This document shows, piece after piece, positions 54,018 through 63,406 of a DNA stretch of 64,000 bases (its first letter is position 1; every line of letters starts with the position of its first letter). The notes beneath the pieces are model-generated. The model was not told the origin of the DNA. It ran no database searches and worked only from the letters and a program-made list of their open reading frames with translations. A program made the position numbers and the translations under genes. The stretch lies in assembly GCA_965209155.1 (NCBI GenBank), contig OZ242383.1:1056001-1120000 (forward strand), read 5' to 3'. The stretch comes from a bacterium. GTDB taxonomy: Bacteria > SAR324 > NAC60-12.

Positions 54018-54600
54018 ATGATAAACTGGCATCGCCTTTTTGGCTTGGCGCTTACCGATTTTTTTACCGATTCCACCTGGGTTGTAGAGTTGGAAAAGGA
54101 TCTGTCTCTCAAAAGACAGCTGCTGGATGTCGTCATTTTGAGGAAAGCGACAGGTCACCTGATCGAGCCCTTGCCGGATGGTTTGGACAATCTGAGGCAA
54201 TACAATCTGCTCAGTTACAAATCTCTGAGAGAGCCCTTTGATGATTGGGCCTTGAAAGAACTGACCGGGCATTATGTGAATTATCGAAAGCAGATCAGTC
54301 CTTCGTTTCAGGACCTGTTACCTGAAGAGGAATTTCAACTCTATATTAAATCAACTCTTTGAGAACTATCAATTGGAGGGATTAGAGATGGCCTATACGA
54401 TGAAAGATTTTCAAAAAGATTATGTACGCGAGCATTTAGGTGTACTTTCAACCGATGAGGTCCTCAAACGGTTTTCGACCGATGAGGTCCTCAAACGGTT
54501 TTCGACCGATGAGGTCCTCAAACGCTTTTCTCTGGAAGAGATTCAGAAATATCTGGAAAAGAAGCAAAAGCGAAATCGAGCAAATGCCCCACATAAATAG
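54018..54600 (+). pseudogene. Rpn-like gene copy 3, 230-bp internal deletion; internal ORF 54388-54600 intact
   Basis: Lacks the equivalent of 44161-44390. Confidence 0.85.
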
Positions 54601-54768
54601 GTTTATTCTTGCTGAAGCGCTTCGAGCCGCTCGTCGAAGGGGATGACATACCCCTTTAAACCTATCCCATTCCACCCATTGGTTTCGACTCGGCCCACCC
54701 CCTGAAGTAGATCTCGTTAACTGTCTCCAGATCCAGTGCCTTCTACAGTTTTGGTATCAATCATTTTC

Positions 54769-55031
54769 GGTGTCTGGCTTGAATGTTTGAAACTTCAAGC
54801 AAGTATTTGATGTTTCAGTTCTTCTGATTGAATTTGGAGCCCCTGGGATTCCTTCAAACGTTGTCTCAACCGGTGCACTGCAAAGCGGATCGTCGAATCA
54901 TCTCGATTGAAAACTTTTCCGACCTCCCGAATCGTTGCGGACTTCCAATCGAAAGGCAACAGGCCAATCATCACACGGGCATCACTCAACTTTTGTGACT
55001 GTCCGGCACTTCTTAATTCCTGCTCCTGTAG
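54769..55031 (-). mobile_element. Y1/RAYT-derived element copy F (right-truncated, no REP insert)
   Basis: Left IR plus C-terminal HTH coding part (ARVMIGLL...IREVGKVFNRDDSTI). Confidence 0.82.
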
Positions 55032-55068
55032 CGGATCTTCACCCCTGATGATTAGGGGTGAAGATCCG
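55028..55068 (+). repeat. GTAG-type REP-like hairpin
   Basis: GTAG + CGGATCTTCACCCCT gatgatt AGGGGTGAAGATCCG (15-bp perfect stem). Confidence 0.7.
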
Positions 55069-55357
55069 TTGAAAGATCGCAAGGAACGTCGTCTCCACAC
55101 CACCGACATCCGCACTTACTGCCGGATGGTGACTACCATCGAACGAACAATCACAATCCAGCAACAACTGGATGACCTCTACCCCATTGTGGAGCAGAAT
55201 ATTCTACAAGTTGCTTGTTAAACAAAATCCAAGACCGCGCTATCCTTTTTAAAAACTCGCTGCCCAGGTGGAGTTCCAGGCGACAGAATAGGGAGTCTAT
55301 GGGATTCAGCGTGGGAGTGATCTCATTCGGATGATTGTACCGAGTGAGATCGCTCAT
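55068..55357 (+). repeat. Diverged duplicate of the type IIG gene 3' end plus Rpn fragment (matches 38292-38582)
   Basis: LKDRK...TYCRMVT...LYPIVEQNILQVAC* and downstream sequence. Confidence 0.85.
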
Positions 55358-55501
55358 AGCACACCTTCGCTTGGTTCGGCGGATTCAGAAGACTATCCAA
55401 AGATTTTGAAATCCTCACAAACACTGCTGAAAATATGATTCGTATTGCCATGATCAAAGTGACCTTAGCAAAGTGTCTTATTTAACCAAACGGTTTCTTA
55501 G
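55358..55501 (+). mobile_element. IS5-family 3' fragment
   Basis: TFAWFGGFRRLSKDFE...MIRIAMI, then end CCAAACGGTTTCTTAG. Confidence 0.75.
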
Positions 55502-55692
55502 AGAGTAGGGTTTCCGCTTCGCTCATAAGGCTCACGTCCCAGATGTTCGCTCAGTTCCGCCTTCATGAATTTGGAAAGATAAATACTAACTTGATGGCTA
55601 ATCTCCACTCGCAACAGCTCCAACCATTCATCCGGGCTTTGAAGAGTATTGAACATTTCCTTAAATTCCGTTACGGTCCATTCCAATTTCAT
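55498..55692 (-). mobile_element. IS256-family transposase N-terminal fragment
   Basis: MKAELSEHLGREPYER motif. Confidence 0.7.
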
Positions 55693-55861
55693 TGGGCTTT
55701 CTCCTTATAGAAGGTATATATTTGACATCATCAAACCTACCGGGAAAGTCCCATGGATTCAAGCCCTTCTCAGTTTCACATTATTTAATTTACATTTTCC
55801 TGATTGTGCTTGTTACAGAAAAGGTATCCATTTCATTTATTGCCAATTGGAATTACTCCGC

Positions 55862-56545
55862 ATGGAACGAAATAAACTATACGTGGCTCTGTTTGCCGAA
55901 TGGCTGGGAACCGCCCTGCTACTCGCAACTGTCATCGGTTCAGGAATCATGGCTGAAACCTTGGCCGGCGGAAATGTCGCAATTGCGCTACTGGCCAATA
56001 CAATTGCCACCGGTGCTATCCTGGTGGTTCTGATCACAATGCTCGGCCCCTTATCCGGCGCACACTTCAATCCTGCGGTTTCGCTGGTATTCGCACTCAA
56101 ACGGGACATTACCTGGTCTGTATTCGGAGCCTACATCGGATTGCAGATACTAGGAGGAATTGCGGGCATGCTGGCCGCTCACCTGATGTTTGAAGAACCG
56201 ATTTTTCAGTTGTCCGAAAAAATAAGGACCGGTGGGTCCCAATGGTTCTCCGAAGGTGTCGCTACATTCGGGCTGGTACTTGCAATACTTGCAACTCTAC
56301 GCGCCCGACCTTCTGCCGTACCGATGGCTGTAGGACTCTATATTACCGCAGCATACTGGTTTACCGCATCGACGTCATTCGCAAATCCAGCAGTAACAAT
56401 CGCGCGCAGTCTGACTGATACGTTTTCCGGAATCTACCCGGCACACGCTCCCATGTTCATCGCCGCTCAACTGATAGGTGCGGTTGTTGCTCTGATGGCA
56501 TGCAATAGGCTTTACGGGAAGAAACGTTCGGAACCCGATGACTGA
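55862..56545 (+). CDS. MIP/aquaporin family channel (AqpS-like)
   Basis: SGAHFNPAVS and TSFANPAVT NPA motifs; GSGIMAE. Confidence 0.9.
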   Translation: MERNKLYVALFAEWLGTALLLATVIGSGIMAETLAGGNVAIALLANTIATGAILVVLITMLGPLSGAHFNPAVSLVFALKRDITWSVFGAYIGLQILGGIAGMLAAHLMFEEPIFQLSEKIRTGGSQWFSEGVATFGLVLAILATLRARPSAVPMAVGLYITAAYWFTASTSFANPAVTIARSLTDTFSGIYPAHAPMFIAAQLIGAVVALMACNRLYGKKRSEPDD

Positions 56546-56582
56546 TATGCTCAGTTCCGGGCTCCGATTCCGTAGTTGAAAT

Positions 56583-57299
56583 GGGGTCTGGCTTGAATGT
56601 TTGAAACTTTAAGCAAGTATTTGACGTTTCAGTTCCTCTGTTTGATTTTGGAGACCCCCGGATTCCTTCAATCGTTGTTTCAACTGGTGTACTGCAGAGT
56701 GTATCGTCGAATCATCTCGATTGAAAACTTTTCCGACCTCCCGAATCGATGCGGACTTCCAATCGAAAGCCAACAGGCCAATCATCGCGCGGGCTTCACT
56801 CAACTTTCACGACTGCAGAGAAACCGTGTCATTCCTGGCTTGACCAGGAATCCAGAGGTAGGCAGCCAGACTGAAATCCGGATTCCGGGTCTTCGCCCGG
56901 AATGACATATACGCCAGGATACTCCTATTTTTGAAGATTTGTGTCGAAATCGGGTTAATTCATTCTCCTGTAGTGGATAAACTCGAGCCACTGGATGAAT
57001 GATCCGTCCTGAAAGAGGAGGAGTACAAGGAGGAACATGATTGCTCATTAAACAAAAGGCGTGAATCCGGTGATCAAAGCGTTGGAGAGCTTCTGGGAGC
57101 AAGTGATAGAATGGTCGATAGCCGGAGGGACTGAAAAAATGGATTGCCCTCCATTGCCACGAAGTATCACATGGTAAAACGCACCAGGATAGTAAAGGCG
57201 TGGTTGACGAGCCACCTTCAGAAAGTAGCGAGAAGGAATGTCAAATCGTTTTAAAGAAAAAAATTACGCTAATATTCCAAACTTGCAAGCCAGCCCCCC
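56583..57299 (-). mobile_element. Y1/RAYT-derived element copy G (both ends, intron-free)
   Basis: GGGGTCTGGCTTGAATGTTTGAAA ... TTCCAAACTTGCAAGCCAGCCCCC. Confidence 0.9.
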
Positions 57300-57724
57300 T
57301 TTAGGACGGGGTGATTTCTTGAAAATAGATATCATACCAGAAGCCGACTATTATGGTGGACAAGACTGGATTGGATTTGAAGGCGGACTTGTAGCCTCTT
57401 TAGGGATCAGGGGTCAAATCATATCGCACACGATAAAGGCTCCACGATAGAATGAACCAGGCCAGCAATTCACCCCTCGCTTATTTATGTAACGATGTGT
57501 TGCCACTTTCAATCCAATATTGAGGGTTGGCTTTTTCGGTCGCAAGGTATATGTAACTAAACTAAAAATCAGGTCAAGCTTGAAAGATTGGAAATTTATG
57601 AGTGGAATACGTATTGGATGGATTGCGCATTCAGCAGATTAAAGGGCCATCGCCTTGTTTCCATTTAATTGTGTTATAAGAGGAATAGAAAATCCATCAC
57701 TCCATGATCAGAAGGCTTTAAAAA

Positions 57725-59146
57725 GTGCAACAATATACTTTATTCCCTGACGATGTGTTTGTTCCGGTCTCCCCGAACGGTGGATTGACCCGTGAACGAG
57801 CGGACCTGCATCGACGATTTGCAGATCGAGTGTCGGTGAACCCGTACTTCTCTCGAAAAATTGTGTCCTACCAGGGCAATAAAGAATCTGTGGGATTTCG
57901 CTGGATGAAGTACAAAGAGGGATTTTCCACCACGCTCGTCCGACAGCTTATCCAGTCGGGAAAAGGGACAGAGGTCCTCGATCCCTTTTCAGGAATTGGC
58001 ACGACTGCTCTGACAGCGATGAGTATGGGGTTGCCGGGGACTGGCATTGAGATTTTACCCTTGGGGAATATGGTTGCGCACGCAGTGGCTTATGCTGCCA
58101 ATAGGCTGTCTGTTCAAGAGTTTTGCCGCGTTTCTCAAGCCTTACTTCATGCCATCACGCATCATGACTATGATGACCAATATGCGCTTCAACATGTTCG
58201 GATTACAAAAGGGGCCTTTCCCTATCGTACTGGATGCGAAATAGCCAAGGCCAGGAAATTCATAGCTCAGCTGAACGACCCGGGGCTTTCAAAGATGTTA
58301 AATCTTGCTTGTCTGAGTGTTCTGGAAGACGTCAGCTATACGCGGAAAGACGGGCAGTTCTTGCGGTGGGACCCTCGCTCCGGAAGAACCGTTTCAACAA
58401 AGCTGGACAAGGGACGAGTTCCGTCTCTTTCGACGGCCCTCACCGTCCGGCTTCGACAGATTGCGCAAGACTTGTCCCCATTGAAAAAGTCTTATGCCGG
58501 CCCAAACCCGACATTCATTGCGGGCTCTAGTTTGACGGAGTTGCAAAAGCTGAATGAAGATCAGTTTGATTGTGTCGTCACCTCTCCCCCGTATGCGAAC
58601 CGGTATGATTACACAAGGACCTACGCGCTTGAACTGGTTTATCTCGATTATAATGAGTTACAGATCAAAAACTTACGACAAGCACTACTCTCGGCGACGG
58701 TAGAGAACCGTTCTAAAAAGGCCTCACTTCGTGCTACGTACCAGAATGCTCAGGATCTTGAGCATGCATTTCAAATGGTTGATGAACAAGCCGCATTGCA
58801 GGAAATCCTTTCCGTGTTGCGAAATCATGGTTCGGAACTGAGTAATCCTAATGTTGTCTCTCTTTTAGAGAACTATTTCACTGAAATGGCCGTAATCGTG
58901 CAGGAACTTGGGCGCGTTGTGAGACCAGGGGGTAACGTGTTTATGGTAAATGACAATGTGCAATATCACGGTGAAGAAGTGCCAGTCGACCTGATTTTGT
59001 CGGACTTTGCCGAACAGTCCGGATTCCGCTGCGCCGCAATTTGGATGCTGAAGCAGGGCAAAGGGAATTCCAGCCAGCAGATGGGGAAATTCGGACGGCG
59101 TGAAATCAGGAAATGCGTCTATCGGTGGGTCAAAACCAATGGTTGA
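57725..59146 (+). CDS. Amino (N4-C type) DNA methyltransferase of a type II R-M system
   Basis: YKEGFS, VLDPFSGIGTT, VTSPPYANRYDY, KGNSSQQMG. Confidence 0.9.
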   Translation: MQQYTLFPDDVFVPVSPNGGLTRERADLHRRFADRVSVNPYFSRKIVSYQGNKESVGFRWMKYKEGFSTTLVRQLIQSGKGTEVLDPFSGIGTTALTAMSMGLPGTGIEILPLGNMVAHAVAYAANRLSVQEFCRVSQALLHAITHHDYDDQYALQHVRITKGAFPYRTGCEIAKARKFIAQLNDPGLSKMLNLACLSVLEDVSYTRKDGQFLRWDPRSGRTVSTKLDKGRVPSLSTALTVRLRQIAQDLSPLKKSYAGPNPTFIAGSSLTELQKLNEDQFDCVVTSPPYANRYDYTRTYALELVYLDYNELQIKNLRQALLSATVENRSKKASLRATYQNAQDLEHAFQMVDEQAALQEILSVLRNHGSELSNPNVVSLLENYFTEMAVIVQELGRVVRPGGNVFMVNDNVQYHGEEVPVDLILSDFAEQSGFRCAAIWMLKQGKGNSSQQMGKFGRREIRKCVYRWVKTNG

Positions 59147-60095
59147 TGCAAAACAAAGCAATGCTCAGGAACGGGCCTTGATCTTGTCTAAGGCACTCAA
59201 ACGCCGGAATGACATTCGTATCCGTACGTTGATTGAGAATTTTACTGGTGATCTGAACTACCTGAAGCTTGGGTTGAAAGAACTCGCCATCTCAGGTGAG
59301 GCGTGGAAGTGCATTCAACAATTAGAAGTGGAGCCGAGAATAGTATTTGTCCACCCTGACTTACTACAACAACATCCCGATGCCTCTCTCTATTATCGTG
59401 GAATTGCGACTTTGTCCCTGAAACGAGTAAGCGACATGGTGACGAATGTAGACAGTTGGGAAAATCCAAAAAGAAATAAACCGCGAACACCAAAACGAAA
59501 TACGGTCCTCGGAATCACACGGCTATACAATGCTGTGATTTCTTCCATCATCGAAGGAACGGATAAATGGACACTGGAAAATGGCTACCGCAACATCCTG
59601 GCGACCATTGGCATCACCCAAGACGGAAAAATGCGGAATATCATCGGACAGGAAGCAGAGCGTGCGATTCAAGAGAAGCTGTTCCAATGGATTGCAGACA
59701 TAAAGATCCCCTGTGAGCAACAAGGACGATGGTACCTGCTTGGCGAAGCAAAAACCCTTCGGATGGCCTACGGCTCCGAACCTGATATTCTGTTTGAAAA
59801 ATACAACATGCAGACTCAAACCTGGATACAGGAAGTGACCATTGAAATTAAAGGCGGAACGGACCCGGCAGGGGCTTTGGAACGATTGGGGGCAATTAAA
59901 AAGAGTTTTGATCAAACTCACGCGCGAACAGAAAATATTGCCATACTGGGTGTGGTTACTAACGCAATGCGGGTAGAGTTGAATGAATTGAAAATTACGG
60001 ATTTCGACCTGTATGACCTTATCCATTCCAAGGAAGGATGGGACGAGTTTATAGTTGAGTTATTCTATCATAAACTACGACTTCTCTCCCCCTAG
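59139..60095 (+). CDS. XcyI-like type II restriction endonuclease
   Basis: SEPDI...IEIKGGTDPAGALERLG PD-(D/E)XK motif; overlaps the MTase stop. Confidence 0.78.
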   Translation: MVDAKQSNAQERALILSKALKRRNDIRIRTLIENFTGDLNYLKLGLKELAISGEAWKCIQQLEVEPRIVFVHPDLLQQHPDASLYYRGIATLSLKRVSDMVTNVDSWENPKRNKPRTPKRNTVLGITRLYNAVISSIIEGTDKWTLENGYRNILATIGITQDGKMRNIIGQEAERAIQEKLFQWIADIKIPCEQQGRWYLLGEAKTLRMAYGSEPDILFEKYNMQTQTWIQEVTIEIKGGTDPAGALERLGAIKKSFDQTHARTENIAILGVVTNAMRVELNELKITDFDLYDLIHSKEGWDEFIVELFYHKLRLLSP

Positions 60096-60108
60096 AGGAA
60101 AAGTAAAA

Positions 60109-60825
60109 GGGGTCAGGCTTGGAAGTTTGAAATATCAAGCAAGCATTTGACGTTTCCGTTCCTCTGATTGATTTTGGAGCCCCTCGGATGCTTTCAATCG
60201 TTGTTTCAACTGGTGCACGGCAAAGTGGATCGTCGAATCATCTCGATTGAAAACTTTTCCGACCTCCCGAATCGTTGCGGACTTCCAATCGAAAGCCAAT
60301 ATGCCAATCATCGCGCGGGCTTCACTCAACTTTCATGACTGCAGAGAAACCGTGTCATTCCTGGCTTGACCAGGAATCCAGAGGTATACAGCCAGACTGA
60401 AATCTGGGTTCCGGGTCTTAGCCCGGAATGACATATACGCCAGGATACTCCTATTATTGAAGATTTATGTCGAACTCGGGTTAATTCATTCTCTGGTTGT
60501 TGATAAACTCGAGCCACTGGATGAATGATCCGTCCTGAAAGAGGAGGAGTACAAAGAGGAACATGATTGCTCATTAAACAATAGGCGTGAATCCGGTGAT
60601 CAAAGCATTGGGAAGCTTCTGGGAGCAAGTGATAAAATAGTCGATAGTCGGTGGGACTGAAATATATGGATTGCCCTCCATTGCCACGAAGCATCACATG
60701 GTAAAAAGCACCAGGATAGTAAAGGCGTGGTTGACGAGCCACCTTCAGAAACAAGCGAGAAGGAAAGTCAAATCGATTTAAAGAAAAAATAACGCTACTT
60801 TTCCAAACTTTCAAGCCAGACCCCC
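60109..60825 (-). mobile_element. Y1/RAYT-derived element copy H (both ends, intron-free)
   Basis: IRs GGGGTCAGGCTTGGAAGTTTGAAA / TTTTCCAAACTTTCAAGCCAGACCCC; ARQPRLYYPGAFYHVMLRGNGGQSI...HAYCLMSNHV. Confidence 0.9.
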
Positions 60826-60855
60826 TTTCCGAATATTTGGGATAAATAAACTACG

Positions 60856-61947
60856 CTACGCCGCTAACTCGCGGAGGTGGCAAGCAGGACCTAATGTCTC
60901 GACCTCCCATTGCATACGAGAATGGATCGGCTTCCTTAAACGAATTGCTCCGGATGACAAAACCTGCTGGCGTAGTTTAACGCCTGATTCACGGATTGTA
61001 CGAGCAATGGTATTGTTTTTGCCCACAGGTGACCGGGAGAGAGAATCATGCTTTGCCGTGATATATGAATTTTCCGTTTTTTTGAGAATCCGATTTACAT
61101 CTTGCTGCGTTGGTAAGATTCCCCCACCCTTTTGCCAAGGTGTGAGTACGGCGAAAGGTTCAGGTTCCAACATCAGTTTCCATACATTCGACACATGAGC
61201 ATTTTTCGAACCATGATGGGGAACCTTGAATATCGATGCCTTGCCGGTCGGCCGTGCCGGATTTTGTAGAATTCTTATCTAACCCTTCTTTTCCAAATCT
61301 GAACCGAGCAGTATTCCAACATCATCTACTTCAACCCAAAGCGCAACTGCGGCTTCATTAGGATAAATAGAAGGTATTCGATTCTTTACCTGGCCTACGC
61401 CGGGAAACAGAGTACCTACTGATTGCAAGAATTTTCGGATAGCAGAATCGTCAGGAGAAAGCGACCATATTTCGCATTTGTTTTTGATAAAAATACGTCG
61501 ATTTGCAAGCGCGAAAGTCGGCTGTGATGCTCTGGATTCAAGTTGTGTGAATATACGGTGTAATTCCTGGACCCTGGAACCGTTAACTGAAAGGTGGCGA
61601 CCTTCCAAGGCGTCAATGGCGGCAAGAAATTCTTGTTTGCAGAGCGCGAGAGCGCAACAGAAACTGGCGTTACAGCAGACTTCGACCAATTCGTTCATCC
61701 CGCGTATATGATCATCATGCCAGTGAGTCGCAACTATTTGTTTTACTGCTTGCGCTGGGTCAACATTGATGCTGTCCAGATATTTCAAAGCTCTTGGATT
61801 TCCCTCCTTGTCGATGCAAGAATCGATGATAACCCAGCAACCGCCACCAATATGCAGGACAAGGCTTTCTCCGTAACCCGGGCCGAACAATGTGACCTCA
61901 AATTCATTTTGGTGTGGTGCGCTTCTCACTGATCGGGTTCCCATCAC
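60856..61947 (-). pseudogene. ComEC/Rec2-like MBL-fold hydrolase with in-frame TAG at 61279-61281
   Basis: GYGES, THWHDDHIRG, GSDLE; continues in frame past the stop into KVPHHGS. Confidence 0.82.
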
Positions 61948-62570
61948 GACTTAAACGCTTCCATGATTTTATGCGCCCACTTTTCCCCTTTTCGTAAGTC
62001 GGTCTTGGTTATTGCGGGTAAATTGCGAAATACGATGTGGGAGACACGTTTCTTAGTTCCTGACAACGATAGTTCGTAACCAATCACCCATCGAAAAATA
62101 CTTCCAACCTGCATCTTTGAGGCATCCTCTTCCGATATCTCGTCGATAGTGATATCTGCTTCATATTTCTCATATGATTCACCAACCGTTATGTCGATCA
62201 AATATGCAGCGAATTTCGTATCATTGATTTCGGTGACATAGCCTTCCCATTCTTGAAGTGCGTGTAAGGTCACGGCAGGATGATGACGCGGTTTCGGAAA
62301 GTTTACAACTTTGGCGATGTCGAGGATTTGTGTAACCTGTCCCTGGTCTACAAATGTAGGTTGGGGGTTCCTATCTCCGTGAGGCTCATATTCGTTTGTT
62401 GATGAGGCAGCATCCGTATTATTTGATATTAATTTTTTAATTGCCTCATCGGGGGTTTTAACATCATCCTGAGTGAGAGCTATATAAGAACTGATATTCT
62501 GCTCTGAAGGTGCGATGTTTGGTGTCGAAGTTGATTGACTGACTATTGGCATGAAACTAATCCTCGTCAC
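61944..62570 (-). CDS. Hypothetical protein (LQEWEGYV...GSIFRWVIGY)
   Basis: 208-aa ORF overlapping both neighbours. Confidence 0.7.
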   Translation of the reverse strand: MTRISFMPIVSQSTSTPNIAPSEQNISSYIALTQDDVKTPDEAIKKLISNNTDAASSTNEYEPHGDRNPQPTFVDQGQVTQILDIAKVVNFPKPRHHPAVTLHALQEWEGYVTEINDTKFAAYLIDITVGESYEKYEADITIDEISEEDASKMQVGSIFRWVIGYELSLSGTKKRVSHIVFRNLPAITKTDLRKGEKWAHKIMEAFKS

Positions 62571-63273
62571 TTTTTGCCAATGACATAATGTGATTGATTA
62601 TCACTTCACTACGCCGTATGGATGTATCAAAGTTTACTTCAAGTAATCCCATTAAATCCTCTACTGTTCCAGGGCCGGTTTTGTCAGTTACGTAGTGATC
62701 GTTGACATGGACGAATACTCCTTTTTGTCCGTCACCCACCCGGCGAGATGGTTCAACCTTAACGTTGATTTGTCCTCCTACAGCCCTTCCTTCGGGATTT
62801 ATTTGTGTCATGGTCAGAGATGTCATTCCACCATTTTTGCCATCTGTGCCGAGTTCCTTACTCCAATCTCCCCATGACTCCACGGGTGCCAACGTTCTTC
62901 CAATACGATCTCGCTCAACTAAATTCTTCACTTGAAAATGAATTTCACGATTGATACCGAATGCTTTGAGAGGCGTATGGTATAGGTATTCCTTGAAAGC
63001 TCGCACGACTAAATCACATACACGAATATGAGGTGCCTGAGAGGTACTAGCCGAAAATCTTTCTGTCTCAACCTGCAGGCTGAGCCAATCTGTGTTAAAT
63101 ATTGTTAACCACTGATTCACTATCTGTAAATTCGCGCTCTCCGTAACGCTTTTTGGAAGTAAATCATACAGTACAAACCAGGCGGGAGTGAAAATTACCG
63201 GATTAAAATTACCGAGAATGACTATGTTGACTCCGCTGATGTCAGGTTCAATTCGCATGTCAGTTACTCTCAT
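62557..63273 (-). CDS. Hypothetical protein, TIGR04255-like
   Basis: IVILGNFNPVIFTPAW, HTPLKAFGIN, VNDHY. Confidence 0.65.
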   Translation of the reverse strand: MRVTDMRIEPDISGVNIVILGNFNPVIFTPAWFVLYDLLPKSVTESANLQIVNQWLTIFNTDWLSLQVETERFSASTSQAPHIRVCDLVVRAFKEYLYHTPLKAFGINREIHFQVKNLVERDRIGRTLAPVESWGDWSKELGTDGKNGGMTSLTMTQINPEGRAVGGQINVKVEPSRRVGDGQKGVFVHVNDHYVTDKTGPGTVEDLMGLLEVNFDTSIRRSEVIINHIMSLAKSDED

Positions 63274-63406
63274 GATGTCTCATTTATCGTATGCAACTAA
63301 ATCGTTTCTTATGAAAATCATGAATATACAAAAAACCTAACATTTAAAATAAGATGTGTAAATAGAATTTTATTCTCTTTCACCAGCGCTTTTTTGTATT
63401 CGTATC

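Noticed and set aside
43026..54600. Diversity-generating retroelement or retron
   Set aside because: No reverse transcriptase in the window, and differences among copies are not adenine-specific
49987..54800. Assembly artefact as the cause of the triplication
   Set aside because: Copies carry distinct SNPs, a nonsense codon, a deletion and different repeat counts; long reads are still needed to exclude it fully
35296..60825. Classical integron
   Set aside because: No tyrosine integrase and no RYYYAAC...GTTRRRY attC sites recognised; the spacers are Y1-derived
61279..61281. Pyrrolysine or selenocysteine readthrough of in-frame stops (also 51594)
   Set aside because: Simple TGG>TAG and AGA>TGA substitutions explain them; the intact paralogue has Arg at the second site
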